Below the pieces are notes generated by a model. That model searched no databases and was not told the DNA's origin. It saw only the letters and a list, made by a program, of their open reading frames with translations. A DNA stretch of 64,000 bases from Eledone cirrhosa (lineage: Eukaryota): NCBI GenBank assembly GCA_964016885.1, contig OZ024744.1:98704001-98768000 (forward strand), read 5' to 3'. Positions within the stretch are counted from its first letter, which is position 1; each line of letters begins with the position of its first letter. The position numbers and the translations under genes were made by a program. Of the stretch, positions 30,501 to 41,695 are shown piece after piece.

Positions 30501-33500
30501 TATTCCAAAGATTCACCATAACTTCTTTCCATAACACGTAACTGGGAATTTATAACACACATAACCCTATCAGAACAACTATTACGACCATTAATATCTA
30601 TTAAGTACTATTCCAAAGATTCATCACAACTTCTTTCCATAACATGGAACTGGGAAATTATAACACACATAACCCTATCAGAACAACTATTAGGGCCATT
30701 AATATTTATTAAGCTCTATTCCAAAGATTCACCACAACTTCTTTCCATAACATGGAACCGGGAAATTATAACACAGATAAACCTATCACAACAACTGTTA
30801 GGGCCAGTAATATTTATTAAACACTATTCAAAGATTCACCACAACTTCTTTCCATAACATGTAACTGGGAAATTATAACACACATAACCCTATCAGAACA
30901 ACTATTAGGGCCATTAATATTTATTAAGCACTTTTCCAAAGATTCACCACCACTTCTTTCTATAACATGTAACTTGGAAATTGTAATACATAACACTATC
31001 AGAACAACTATTAGGACCATTAATATTTATTAAGCACTATTCCAAAGATTCACCACAATTTCTTTCCATAACATGGAACTGGGAAATTATAGCACACATA
31101 ACCCTATGAGAACAACTATTAGGGCCATTAATATTTATTAAACACTATTCCCAAGATTCACCTCAACTTTCCATAACATGGAAGTGGGAAATTATAACAA
31201 ACATAACCCTATCAGAACACCTATTAGAGCCATTAATATTTATTAAACACTATTCCAAAGATTCACCACAACTTTCCATAACATGAAACTGGAAAATTAT
31301 AACACACATAACGCTATGAGAACAACTATTCGGGCCAGTAATATTTATTAAGCACTATTCCAAAGATTCACCACAACTTCTTTCCATAACATGTAACTGG
31401 GAAATTATAACACACATAATCCTATCAGAACACTTTTTAGGGCCAGTAATATTTATTAAGCACTATTCCAAAGATTCACCACAACTTCTTTCCATAACAT
31501 CGAACTGGGAAATTATAACAGACATAAACATATCAGAACAATTATTAGGGCCATTAATTTTTTTTAAACACTATTCCAAAGATTCATCAAAACTTCTTTC
31601 CATAACATGTAACTTGGAGATTATAACACATAACCCTATCAGAACAACTATTAGGGCCAATAATATTTATTAAGCACTATTCCAAAGATTCACCATAACT
31701 TCTTTCCATAACATGTAACTGGGAAATTATAACACAAATAACCCTATCAGAGCAATTATTAGGGCCAGTAATATTTATTAAGCACTATTCCAAAGATTCA
31801 CCACCACTTCTTTCCATAACATGTACCTTGGAAATTATAACACACATAACCCTATCAGAACAACCGTTAGGGACATATATATTTATTAAGCACTATTCCA
31901 AAGATTCACCCCCACTTCTTTCCATAACAAGAAACTGGGAAATTATAGCACACATAACACTGTCAGAACAACTATTAGGGTCAGTAATATTTATTAAGCA
32001 CTATTCCAAGGATTCACCACAACTTCTTTCCATGACATGGAACTGGGAAATTATAACAGACATAACCCTATCAGAACAATTATTAGGGCCATTAATTTTT
32101 TTTAAACACTATTCCAAAATTCACCGCCGCTTCTTTCCATAACATGTATCTTGGAGATTATAACACATAACCCTATCAGAACAACTATTAGGGCCAGTAA
32201 TATTTATTTAGCACTATTCCAAAGATTCACCATAACTTCTTTCCATAACATGTAACTGGGAAATTATAACACACATAACCCTATTGGAACACCTATTAGG
32301 GCCATTCATATTTATTAAGCGCTATTCCAAAGATTCACCACAACATTCCATAATATATAACTTGGAAATTATAACACATAACCCTATCAGAACAACTATT
32401 AGGGCCAGTAATATTTATTAAGCACTATTCCAAAGATTCACCATAACTTCTTTCCATAACATGTAACTGGGAATTTATAACACACATAACCCTATCCGAA
32501 CAACTATCAGGGCCATTAATATTTATTAAGTACTATTCCAAAGATTCACCACAACTTTCCATAACATGTAACTGGGAAATTATAACACACATAAACCTAA
32601 CAGAACAACTATTAGGGCCATTAATATTTATTAAGCACTATTCCAAAGATTCACCACTACTTCATTCTATAACATGTAACTGGGAAATTATAACACACAT
32701 AACCCTATCAGAACAACTCTTAGGGCCATTAATATTTATTAAGCACTATTCCAAAGATTCACCACCACTTCATTCTATAACATGTAACTGGGAAATTATA
32801 ACACATAACCCTATCAGAACAACTATTCGGGCCAGTAATATTTATTAAGCACTATTCCAAAGATTCACCACCACTTCATTCTATAACATGTAACTGGGAA
32901 ATTATAACACACATAACCCTATCAGAACAACTATTAGGGCCAGGAATATTTATTAAACACTATTCCAAAGATTCACCACAACTTCTTTCCATAACATGTA
33001 ACTGGGAAATTATAATATACATAATCCTATCAGAACAACTATTAGGGCCATTAATATTTATTAAGCACTATTCCAAAGATTCACCACCACTTCATTCTAT
33101 AACATGTAACTGGGAAATTATAACACACATAATCCTAACAGAACACTTTTTAGGGCCAGTAATATTTATTAAGCACTATTCCAAAGATTCACCACAACTT
33201 CTTTCCATAACATGGAACTGGGAAATTATAACACACATAAACCTATTGGAACACCTATTAGGGCCATTAATATTTATTAAACACTATTCCAAAGACTCAC
33301 CACAATTTCTTTCCATAACATGGATCTGGGAAATTATAACACACATAACCCTATCAGAACACCTATTAGAGACATTAATATTTATTAAACACTATTCCAA
33401 AGACTCACCACAATTTCTTTCCATAACATGTAACTGGGAAATTATAACACACATAACCCTATCAGAACACCTATTAGGGCCAATAATATTTATTAAGTAC

Positions 33501-34419
33501 TATTCCAAAGATTCACCACAACTTCTTTCCATGACATGGAACTGGGAAATTATAACACTTATAACCTTATCAGAACACCTATTCGGGCCAGTAATATTTA
33601 TTAAACACTATTCCAAAGATTCACTACAGCTTTCCATAACACGGAACTGGGAAATTATAACACACACAACCTTATCAGAACACCTATTAGGCCCATTAAT
33701 ATTTATTAAACATTATTTCAAAGATTCACCACAACTTCTTTCCATAACATGTAACTGGGAAATTATAACAGACATAAACATATCAGAACAATTATCAGGG
33801 CCATTAATTTTTTTTAAACACTATTCCAAAGATTCATCAAAACTTCTTTCCATAACATGTAACTTGGAGATTATAACACATAACCCTATCAGAACAACTA
33901 TTAGGGCCAGTAATATTTATTAAGCACTATTCCAAAGATTCACCATAACTTCTTTCCATAACATGTAACTGGGAAATTATAGCACAAATAACCCTATCAG
34001 AACAACTATTAGGGCCAGGAATATTTATTAAACACTATTCCAAAGATTCACCACAACTTCTTTCCATAACATGTAACTGGGAAATTATAACACACATAAC
34101 TCTAACAGAACAACTATTAGGGCCATTAATATTTATTAAACACTATTCCAAAGATTCACCACAACTTCTTTCCATAACATGTAACTGGGAAATTATAACA
34201 CACATAACCCTAACAGAACAACTATTAGGGCCATTAATATTTATTAAACACTATTCCAAAGATTCACCACAACTTCTTTCCATAACATGGAACTGGCAAA
34301 TTATAACACACATAACCCTATCAGTGAAGCCCTTTAGTATAGGTCAACTAATAGAGAATTGTATTACGGTTACGAAAAAAATCCTAAATAAACCTACAAG
34401 GTAAAAATTAAAAAGTCAT

Positions 34420-34475
34420 CATGGACCAATCTGACTGGTTTGGCGGACCTGATTGTGGCCCACGGGCCGCCTGTT
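34420..34475. mobile_element. Probable hAT (Charlie/Ac-like) subterminal remnant
   Basis: GGCGGACCTGATTGTGGCCCACGGGCCGCCTGTT resembles the GGCGGGCCGGATTTGGCCCGCGGGCCG motif near hAT ends; the terminal TIR itself is not visible. Confidence 0.45.
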
Positions 34476-34518
34476 CTTTCTCTCTCTATATATAAATACA
34501 CTGACATGGCTAAGTGAT

Positions 34519-34640
34519 GGAGGCACATGGCTTAGTGGTTAGAGCATTGGCCTTGCAATTGAAAGGTTGTGAGTTCAATTCTCAGACCAGGTTTTTGTGT
34601 TGTTTCTTTGAGCAAGGCACTTTATTTCACATTGCTCCAG
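34519..34640 (+). mobile_element. tRNA-derived SINE head (second SINE family)
   Basis: A-box TGGCTTAGTGG and B-box GAGTTCAATTC, then TTGAGCAAGGCACTTTATTTCACATTGCTCCAG, which is also present near 43065-43097. Confidence 0.75.
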
Positions 34641-34679
34641 AAATGAGATGATAGGGACTGGGCTCCCTATCTTTCCACT

Positions 34680-34885
34680 GCAAAGTGGTCGTGGAGATGC
34701 CACGGCAAAAAAGCACCCAGCCCACACTGTAAAATGGACGTGTAGGCACCACGAAAAAAAAAAGCACCCAGCACTCACTGTAAATGAGGTTGGTGTTAGG
34801 AAGGGCATCCAGCTGTAGAAATCAAGCCAGAATCAGTTCCCGTCCCACCCTTGCAAGCAGGGAAAAGCAGACGTAAAATGATACA
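34680..34885 (+). mobile_element. RTE 3'UTR / RTE-tail SINE fragment
   Basis: Near-identical to 14665-14815 (GCCACGGCAAAAAGCACCCAGCCCACACTGTAAA...GTTAGGAAGGGCATCCAGCTGTAGAAATCAAGCCAG). Confidence 0.85.
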
Positions 34886-34914
34886 AGACTTGTGACTGGG
34901 GTAAAATGCCAGCC

Positions 34915-35350
34915 AGGCAGAGGGTGTCCTGAGAGTATAATAGCTAGAACAAGGATAGGATGGAAAAAGTTTAAAGAGCTACTCCTACTGTTGACAACGA
35001 AAGGAAGACTGTGTGCGAAGTGCGATACTGCATAGGGGGTGAAACATGGGCTTGTGCCTCCAGAGAAATGAAGCAGCCAAGCTTCCTTGGATATACAACG
35101 TAAGTGTGAGAGAAAGGCAGAGCTTGAAAGAACTGAGCGAGAAGCTGGTTGAAGAGAAATCTGAGGTAGTGTGCAGGAGAGAAGGGCTTGTTGGTACAGC
35201 CGTGGTGCGCACGGATGATCAATGGGGGAAGAAATCCCCCATTGTTGAAAGTTGACCTCAAATTGCTGAGACTCAGAGGAGATGACGAAGAAACGCAGCA
35301 AGTGGAGAGATGCTGTGCTGAAAAGGATCCATCCATGTGTAATGATGACG
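34915..35350 (+). mobile_element. Degenerate RTE ORF fragment
   Basis: GCPESIIARTRIGWKKFKELL parallels GCSEGTITRVRTGWKKFRELL of the 13.7-kb element; many frameshifts. Confidence 0.7.
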
Positions 35351-35381
<31 letters not shown>

Positions 35382-35385
<4 letters not shown>

Positions 35386-35575
35386 GTTTCTACTTTTGGC
35401 ACAAGGCCAATTATCCCAGTACATTACTGGTACTTTAGTTTATCGACCCTGTTAGGATGAAAGGCAAAGTTATCCCACCGAGGTTAACTTTGCCTTTCAT
35501 CCTAACAGGGTCGATAAACTAAAGTACCAGTAATGCGCTGGGATAATTGGCCTTGTGCCAAAAGTAGAAACAATT
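35382..35575. repeat. Fold-back inverted duplication of a SINE 3' half (91-bp arms, 12-bp spacer), flanked by (TA)n
   Basis: 35382-35472 is the reverse complement of 35485-35575 with 2 mismatches. Confidence 0.93.
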
Positions 35576-35593
35576 ATATATATATATATATAT

Positions 35594-35769
35594 AATTGTT
35601 TCTACTTTAGGCACAAGGCCAGCAAATACCCAGTGCATTACTGGTACTTTATTTTATCGACCCCGTAAGGATGAAAGGCTAAGTCAACCTCGGCGGGATT
35701 TTAACTCAGATCGTAAAGGGACGTAACTATGCTGGAAAGCATGGCGTCCGACCCTCTACCGATACTGCC
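35594..35769 (-). mobile_element. SINE (same family as 8236)
   Basis: Reverse complement of GGCAGTATCGGTAGAGGGTCGGACGCC...GCCTAAAGTAGAAACAATT. Confidence 0.93.
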
Positions 35770-36870
35770 TACAATGGAACAAGTCTTCAATTGCAGTACC
35801 CTCTTATAGAAACACCTGCAACATTAGAAGGACGTGTTCCACAACCATGTTGATTTCAAGAATGCGTTTGATCATATATGGTATATCCTCAGGGAATTCA
35901 ATGTAGAAAATGGAATTATCCAAGTCATCCAGGCCTTTTATAAGGATGCCACCAGTGTAAAACTTCTTTCAGACAACTGTTGGCATGAGACAGGAGTGTG
36001 TACTTTCACCCACGTTGTTCAACCTGTTTTTAGAACAAATCATGCTAGAAACCCTCAACAACCATGATACCTCAATCTCTGTTGGTGGTAGAGCTGTCTG
36101 TAAACTACATTTTGCAGGCGACATTTGACCTCATAGCAGGCAGTAATGAGCTCTAAGACTTGACCAACAAACTTGTTGAAAGAAGCATATGGAATGGAAG
36201 TCAGCTCTGAGAAATCCAAAGTAATTTTGAATAGCACAAGTAGCAGCTGTGTCAACATCACCATGAATGGACATTTATTGGAGGAAGTGTCTAGTTTCAA
36301 ATACTTAGGAGTAGTCTTGTCAAAAGATGGTACCTGTAAAGCCGAAATCTGCACACAGATTGCCACATCTATGGCAGTGATGGCCAAATAAACAGGAATA
36401 TGGAGGAGCAATATCAGTTTTCAGACTAAGTACAGATTGTACAAATCACTGGTAGTCTCCATCCTCCTATGTGTGGGAGACTTGGACACTTTTGGCAGAA
36501 ACAGAGAGAGGGATCCGGGTATTTGAGGACAAATGCATGATAAAACTCCTTATTTCGTATTGGGAACATAAAACCAACAAATATGTGTGGAGTAAGGTTA
36601 AAGGTTTTGTGGGTCACCAGGAACCCCTCCTTGCCACTGTCAAGAAGAGGAAACTGATGTGGTTTGGCCATGTAATACGGTATGACAGCCTGTGCAAGGC
36701 ACCATTGAAGGTGGTCACAGGAGGGAACGCCAATGCAGAAACTGGTTGGACAATGTCAAAGAATGGATGCAAATGACAACACCAGATTTGTTGATAGACT
36801 ATTTTGAGTGTGTACTGCTTCTGCAGTAGGATCCCCCCCGACAACTATAGAAGTCAAGGGACTGATGATA
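35770..36870 (+). mobile_element. Degenerate RTE/BovB-like LINE (different subfamily), RT to 3' end
   Basis: Fragmented motifs VDFKNAFD, YGMEVSSEKSKV, FKYLGVVLSKDG, ETWTLL and KRKLMWFGHV across frameshifted ORFs; 3' end GTCAAGGGACTGATGAT. Confidence 0.85.
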
Positions 36871-37034
36871 TATATATATATACGCCCCTACACACACAAT
36901 CTTCTACTACTACTATTAGATGGTGTAGTCAATGTACCATAATATTTTTCTGTCCATGTTTACATTTTGCATATATTAAGTATCTCCTGCTGTCAATCAT
37001 ACAAATGTATTACTGCCAATATATATTTTGATGT

Positions 37035-37120
37035 TTTATTTAAAAAAAAAAAAAAAAAGGTAATTAAACAAATCAAAATCTACATGGTTTTATTTTTTTA
37101 ATGCAATTTTTTTTTTTATT
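37035..37120 (-). terminator. Candidate polyadenylation signals of SMARCB1
   Basis: AATAAA on the minus strand at 37115-37120, 37089-37094 and 37035-37040, about 430-510 nt past the stop. The context is AT-rich, so which one is used is unknown. Confidence 0.4.
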
Positions 37121-37548
37121 TCAAGATTTTTCAATGCTTAAAAGTAATGAATGACTTATTTAAATATAAATTCGGGCTTTGATGAATCCGATGTTTATGA
37201 AATGAAATGATTTGCATAGTGTAATGTCTAAAACAGCAATGATATATGACCAGAATTCACTGAAGAATATTTCATGTAAACATTGGAATTACATGGATTT
37301 TTCAGATATTTTGGTTTGCCAAATTGTCTTCACGTAAAGTGACATATTTTCTTAAAACACAACCAATTCATGAAGTCTTCTCACATGGTTAGATTTATAA
37401 TTCCTGAGACTACAAAAGAAGTAACAGGTACATCTTATAGAATGACTTGAGAGTTGCTGAAAATACACACAGGAATCGTTCCCATGTTTTGGGGGGTATT
37501 TTTTCATTTCTTTCCACAGAACAATCATACTGAGTAAAGAATTTCCTA

Positions 37549-37588
37549 TCACCAGGAAGGCGCAGTGTTTGCAAGTCGTCGCATTCTC
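37549..37588 (-). CDS. SMARCB1: SMARCB1 exon 10, coding part (40 nt including stop)
   Basis: TGCTAG|[16 protein letters not shown]. Confidence 0.95.
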
Positions 37589-40500
37589 CTAGCAAAGAAA
37601 AGAAAAGAAAAATAGAACTTCATAAAAATGAATATCAAATGTATTTGAATATATTTATTTGCTCTGAAGTTTGAAAAGAAGTAGGAAAATGTTTCTTTTT
37701 TCAAAGATGAAACAGGAACTTTCAGAAATGGTAGCATCTTTTATATTATTGGTTTCACTTTAAACTCTAAAACCAAAAAAGTAATTAATAGGAGAGATTT
37801 AACTTTTAAAAACAAGTTTGTAATGTATTGAGGAGAATGAAAAGGTAAAATACGTGCCTGGTGTTACGATCCTGATCTCGTATTTTCTTCTCCATCTCAG
37901 CATCAGTGAGCGTCTCCAGGAAAGGACACCATTGATCAGCTTCGTTTTGGTTGCGAATAGCGACTTCCACTGTGGGCAGAGGTGCCTCACTGAAAGACAC
38001 AGACTGACGGCTGCAAGTGAATATATCAACGAATGTTGGGGTCAGAGTGTGTGCGGTAGTGAAGACCACTGAGGAGACATTGACAGGACATTGAACGACG
38101 TACTAACAACAAGGACACTACATCAAGATAAGTAAGAACAGCTATAAGAAGAAAGAATTACAAACAGCCTTCGAAAATTGGAATAAAATACAAAAACAGA
38201 AAATTATGCACAAAGATAACTCTTATAATATTTTTCAAAAATGAATGACAGAAGCAATATCTTAAATGAAAATAAAGAACAATAGATAGAAACCAGCAGA
38301 ATAAATTTATAAAAAATAAGGAGTAATTTATTCCTACAAAAAAAAGACAAAAAACAACAAAAAACACAGTAACACACAACATAAACTGCAGACAACAGTG
38401 AAAGCTCTACTCCAAAATACAAAATTGACAGCAGATATCAAGACACAATTAAAACAACAAAAATGCCACTTATAAATGTTCACAAATTATAAAAATGGAA
38501 ATATACCTATTTTGAAAGCAACCCCCACCCCCCATCATAACAAACAAAGAAATTAATTAACGTAATGTAACTGTGCTAAACTCTTCTAAGTGAAAAATCA
38601 CCAAACAAACCCATAAGAAATTAATTGATATAGCACTAAATCATGATGATGATGATCATCATCATCGTCATCGTCAAAATTGCTTTTACATTGACTTTTC
38701 TATTCTGGCATGGGTTGGATGGAACTTTTTGAGGAAATGTTTTACAGCCAGATGCCCCTTTTTGATACTAACGTTTTCGGTTGCTTCTTGCAACAAACAC
38801 GCAGGAATTTGGTGTACCTATTCTAAGCCTGAAATATCAGCTCAGCCATTAAACTTACAAAAGCCACTCGGTATTCGTAGGTCGTAAATATAAGATAAAT
38901 AAACAATTCACATTGAAAGAAAAGATACACAAAATCTAAACAATTTTTCAAATATTTTTTCTATACAATACAATAAAAACTGACAAGCCATATAAGCAAT
39001 TAAAACTTAAATGAACCATTTAATTTAAATAATGAAAAAAAGTTAAACATAAAACAACATTTTGTTATAACTTTACACAATTTCCTTACCCATTCTCCAA
39101 TTCCATTGAAACACTATGTATTACAGTGTAACAAACAACATGAATTACATATTAGATCTAAGAATTAGTTGTCTGCTTTTGTTGACTGATTTCTCCTAAA
39201 ATAACTACTGACAGGCACCAATTTTCTGTTTATCTTGGACCGTATATCAAACAATAATAATCATTATATTGGCTAAGAAATCATTCTTTTAACAAAACAA
39301 TTAACCTTCTTGTATGTTTACACACGATTATTGAAGCAAAAAAAAAAAAAAAAAAGTTAAAGAAAAACTGAAATATACTGCTAGGCCCGATTCTTCAAAT
39401 TCTATTGCAAAAATCGGTGAATAGAATATAAGCCGAGTTTGACATTAAATTCAAATAAAGACATAAATATGATTTAGTCAACATTCTAGCCACATTTATT
39501 AAGTATACCAGACACTTATCTGTTTCCAATTGCCTTTCCCTTTTAAATATTATCTTTTCAACACACAAACACCAGGTTTACTTGATGCTAACCCAATTTA
39601 CTAAAGTCAATAATATAATCACAGTTAAATATGATATCGCATTAGAAGTTAGTTGAGTGTTTTCTATACACTGATTAAGAAGGATATCTACCTACAAAAC
39701 CTTTGAACCAATTACTCATTCAAATAGAGGTCACTATTATAAACATTTCAATCACTATACTGTAATGCATAGCTAAGAATTAGTACACTAAATATTTAAT
39801 ATGGCAGCTATCGTTGATTGACTAAAACAATTTAAAGTCTTATAGCAATACATTGATATTTTGGTGGACTGACACAAGTTTCAAAAAGTTGAAACCACAA
39901 CATAAAAAAAAGAGAGAGACGTTTGATAATCTAAAAACAAAAAGGCTGTCTAAATTGCTTAAAATACAAACAAACCTCTCCAAAAAAATTAAATCTGTCT
40001 CAATTGATCATTAGAGGAAATAACTATAAGAATGAAGATATTGAACAAATGCTTGATACTTTCATGTTTAAATGAGTTAGCCAAATCAGTGAAAGCAAGA
40101 GAATAGAGCAACTATATGATATTGAGGGTTTATAATGAGAGTCAACATGCAACAGAGAAAATAGATGACACCAGCAAACTATAGAGTAATAGATTAGAAA
40201 TAAATAGTGGATTATTTTGAATATCCGGATTATTCAAGAAAAAAAGGAAGAAGAAAAGATAGAAAAGAACTTACTTAGCAAATACTATGTGGTGTCAACT
40301 ACACTATTATAAATAGGTTAACCGAGATGAAGCAGAAGTGAGATAGGATTATGAGAAAGTTAAATGATACAAAGAGAGAGAGAGATGAGGGGAAGCAGCA
40401 TATTATAGAAGAGGCTTTTATCCAGCAGTAGGTCATCAGTGACTGGTGTGGGTCATTTGTGTTTACAATAGAGCATATAAATATAGTGCATACATGGTAA

Positions 40501-41643
40501 GTTGCCTAATTTGTACAGTTTTAAGAATGTTAAAAATTAACTATTAATGATATTTATGTATATATGATATTTAAAAATCAGTTAAATAATAAATTACATA
40601 TTTAAACAATAATTATAAAAAGCCAAATTACGGAATTTTTTTTTTTTAATTTTAATTTGTATAACTTTGAACTAATATTTTTTTTTTTAATTTATAATTG
40701 ATAATTTATTAATATTTTATATGGTTTAAAAGTCAGTTATTTCAATTTGAATTTTCTTAAATTTATTGTAAATAGTAATATTTTTGTTAGAAAGAAAAGG
40801 TTTTAGTATTGCTGCAGCCATTATACATATGTCAGATTTATTAGAATAAATAAATGTAAGACAAAATATTATGTATTAAATTTATGAAACAATAAAAAAA
40901 AAAAGAGTAAAAATATAAAAATAAACATTAACAAATATTAATAAATATTTTGATTTGACATTTTAAAAAATTTTACACAATTCCAGCTGAATAGTTTAGT
41001 TATATTTAATTTTTTTTAAATTACATTTTGCAACCGTTTTTTTTTAAAGCACAAAATATCCCAAATGTTAAATGTTTTGTTAGAGTTATTACAAAAAGAC
41101 AAACAAAACATTAATATGAATTGTAAATAAAATATTTGGTTACTAATAACAACTAAATTATTACGTGGGTAACATGAAAATACAAGTTAAAAGAAGTTTA
41201 TTATATTTAAATAAATATTTACATCTAAATTTCATTTTTAATGCATGTGCTTCTTATTGGTCCAGTGAAAAACAAATTAACTAGCAGGATAAAGTATTTA
41301 TCCAAGATAACTAGAAATATTATTAACATCTTGGAAACGAATACAGAAATGACTTCTACAGGACTAAAACTGTTTCAGGAATGTCCTGATGATTTCATAT
41401 GAATGAAACAGTTCTAATTATGTAGAAGTCATTTTTATATATAATAAAGATACCTATACTCTACCAATGTATTGAATAATTTTTTTAAAACTGCGGTTAC
41501 CCCCCCAACATAACTCGGTTATATATATATATAAGCATATTATCTCTTTCATAGAAATATGAAACTTGAGCAAAAACTGCAGAAGCCTCTTATATCAAGC
41601 AACAACATAAAACTTACCCTAAAATAACCCCCTCCCCTAAAAT

Positions 41644-41695
<52 letters not shown>

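Larger units (their letters stand above)
1..34324 (+). repeat. 108-bp tandem satellite array (about 295 monomers, head-to-tail, runs off the left edge of the window)
   Basis: Consensus TAACCCTATCAGAACAACTATTAGGGCCATTAATATTTATTAAGCACTATTCCAAAGATTCACCACAACTTCTTTCCATAACATGGAACTGGGAAATTATAACACACA repeats continuously, with 102-108 bp variants from small deletions. The last monomer ends at ...TAACCCTATCAG (34324). The monomer count is estimated from length minus insertions. Confidence 0.99.

Noticed and set aside
3527-33923. Long ORFs (up to 256 aa) of 36-aa repeats IFIKHYSKDSPQLLSITWNWEIITHITLSEQLLGPL as a repetitive protein gene
   Set aside because: The monomer is 108 bp (36 codons) and happens to be stop-free in one frame. 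Frequent stops (CTATGAG, TTTAGC, ACATAG) and 1-2-bp deletions are amplified freely, so there is no sign of coding constraint.
1-34324. CRISPR-like array
   Set aside because: There are no unique spacers, the whole unit repeats, no cas genes are present and the context is eukaryotic.
34519-34592. tRNA gene
   Set aside because: A and B boxes are present, but there is no good cloverleaf or acceptor stem, and the sequence continues into a SINE body also seen at 43030.
40270-40310. Possible 29-nt poison exon in SMARCB1 intron 8 (TAG|...CTAA|GTAAGT on the minus strand)
   Set aside because: The acceptor is weak, such matches are expected by chance in a 3.9-kb AT-rich intron, and there is no transcript evidence.
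40400-40460. Intronic C/D snoRNA or hammerhead from minus-strand CTGATGA
   Set aside because: No suitably placed D box with a terminal stem, and no GAAA partner.
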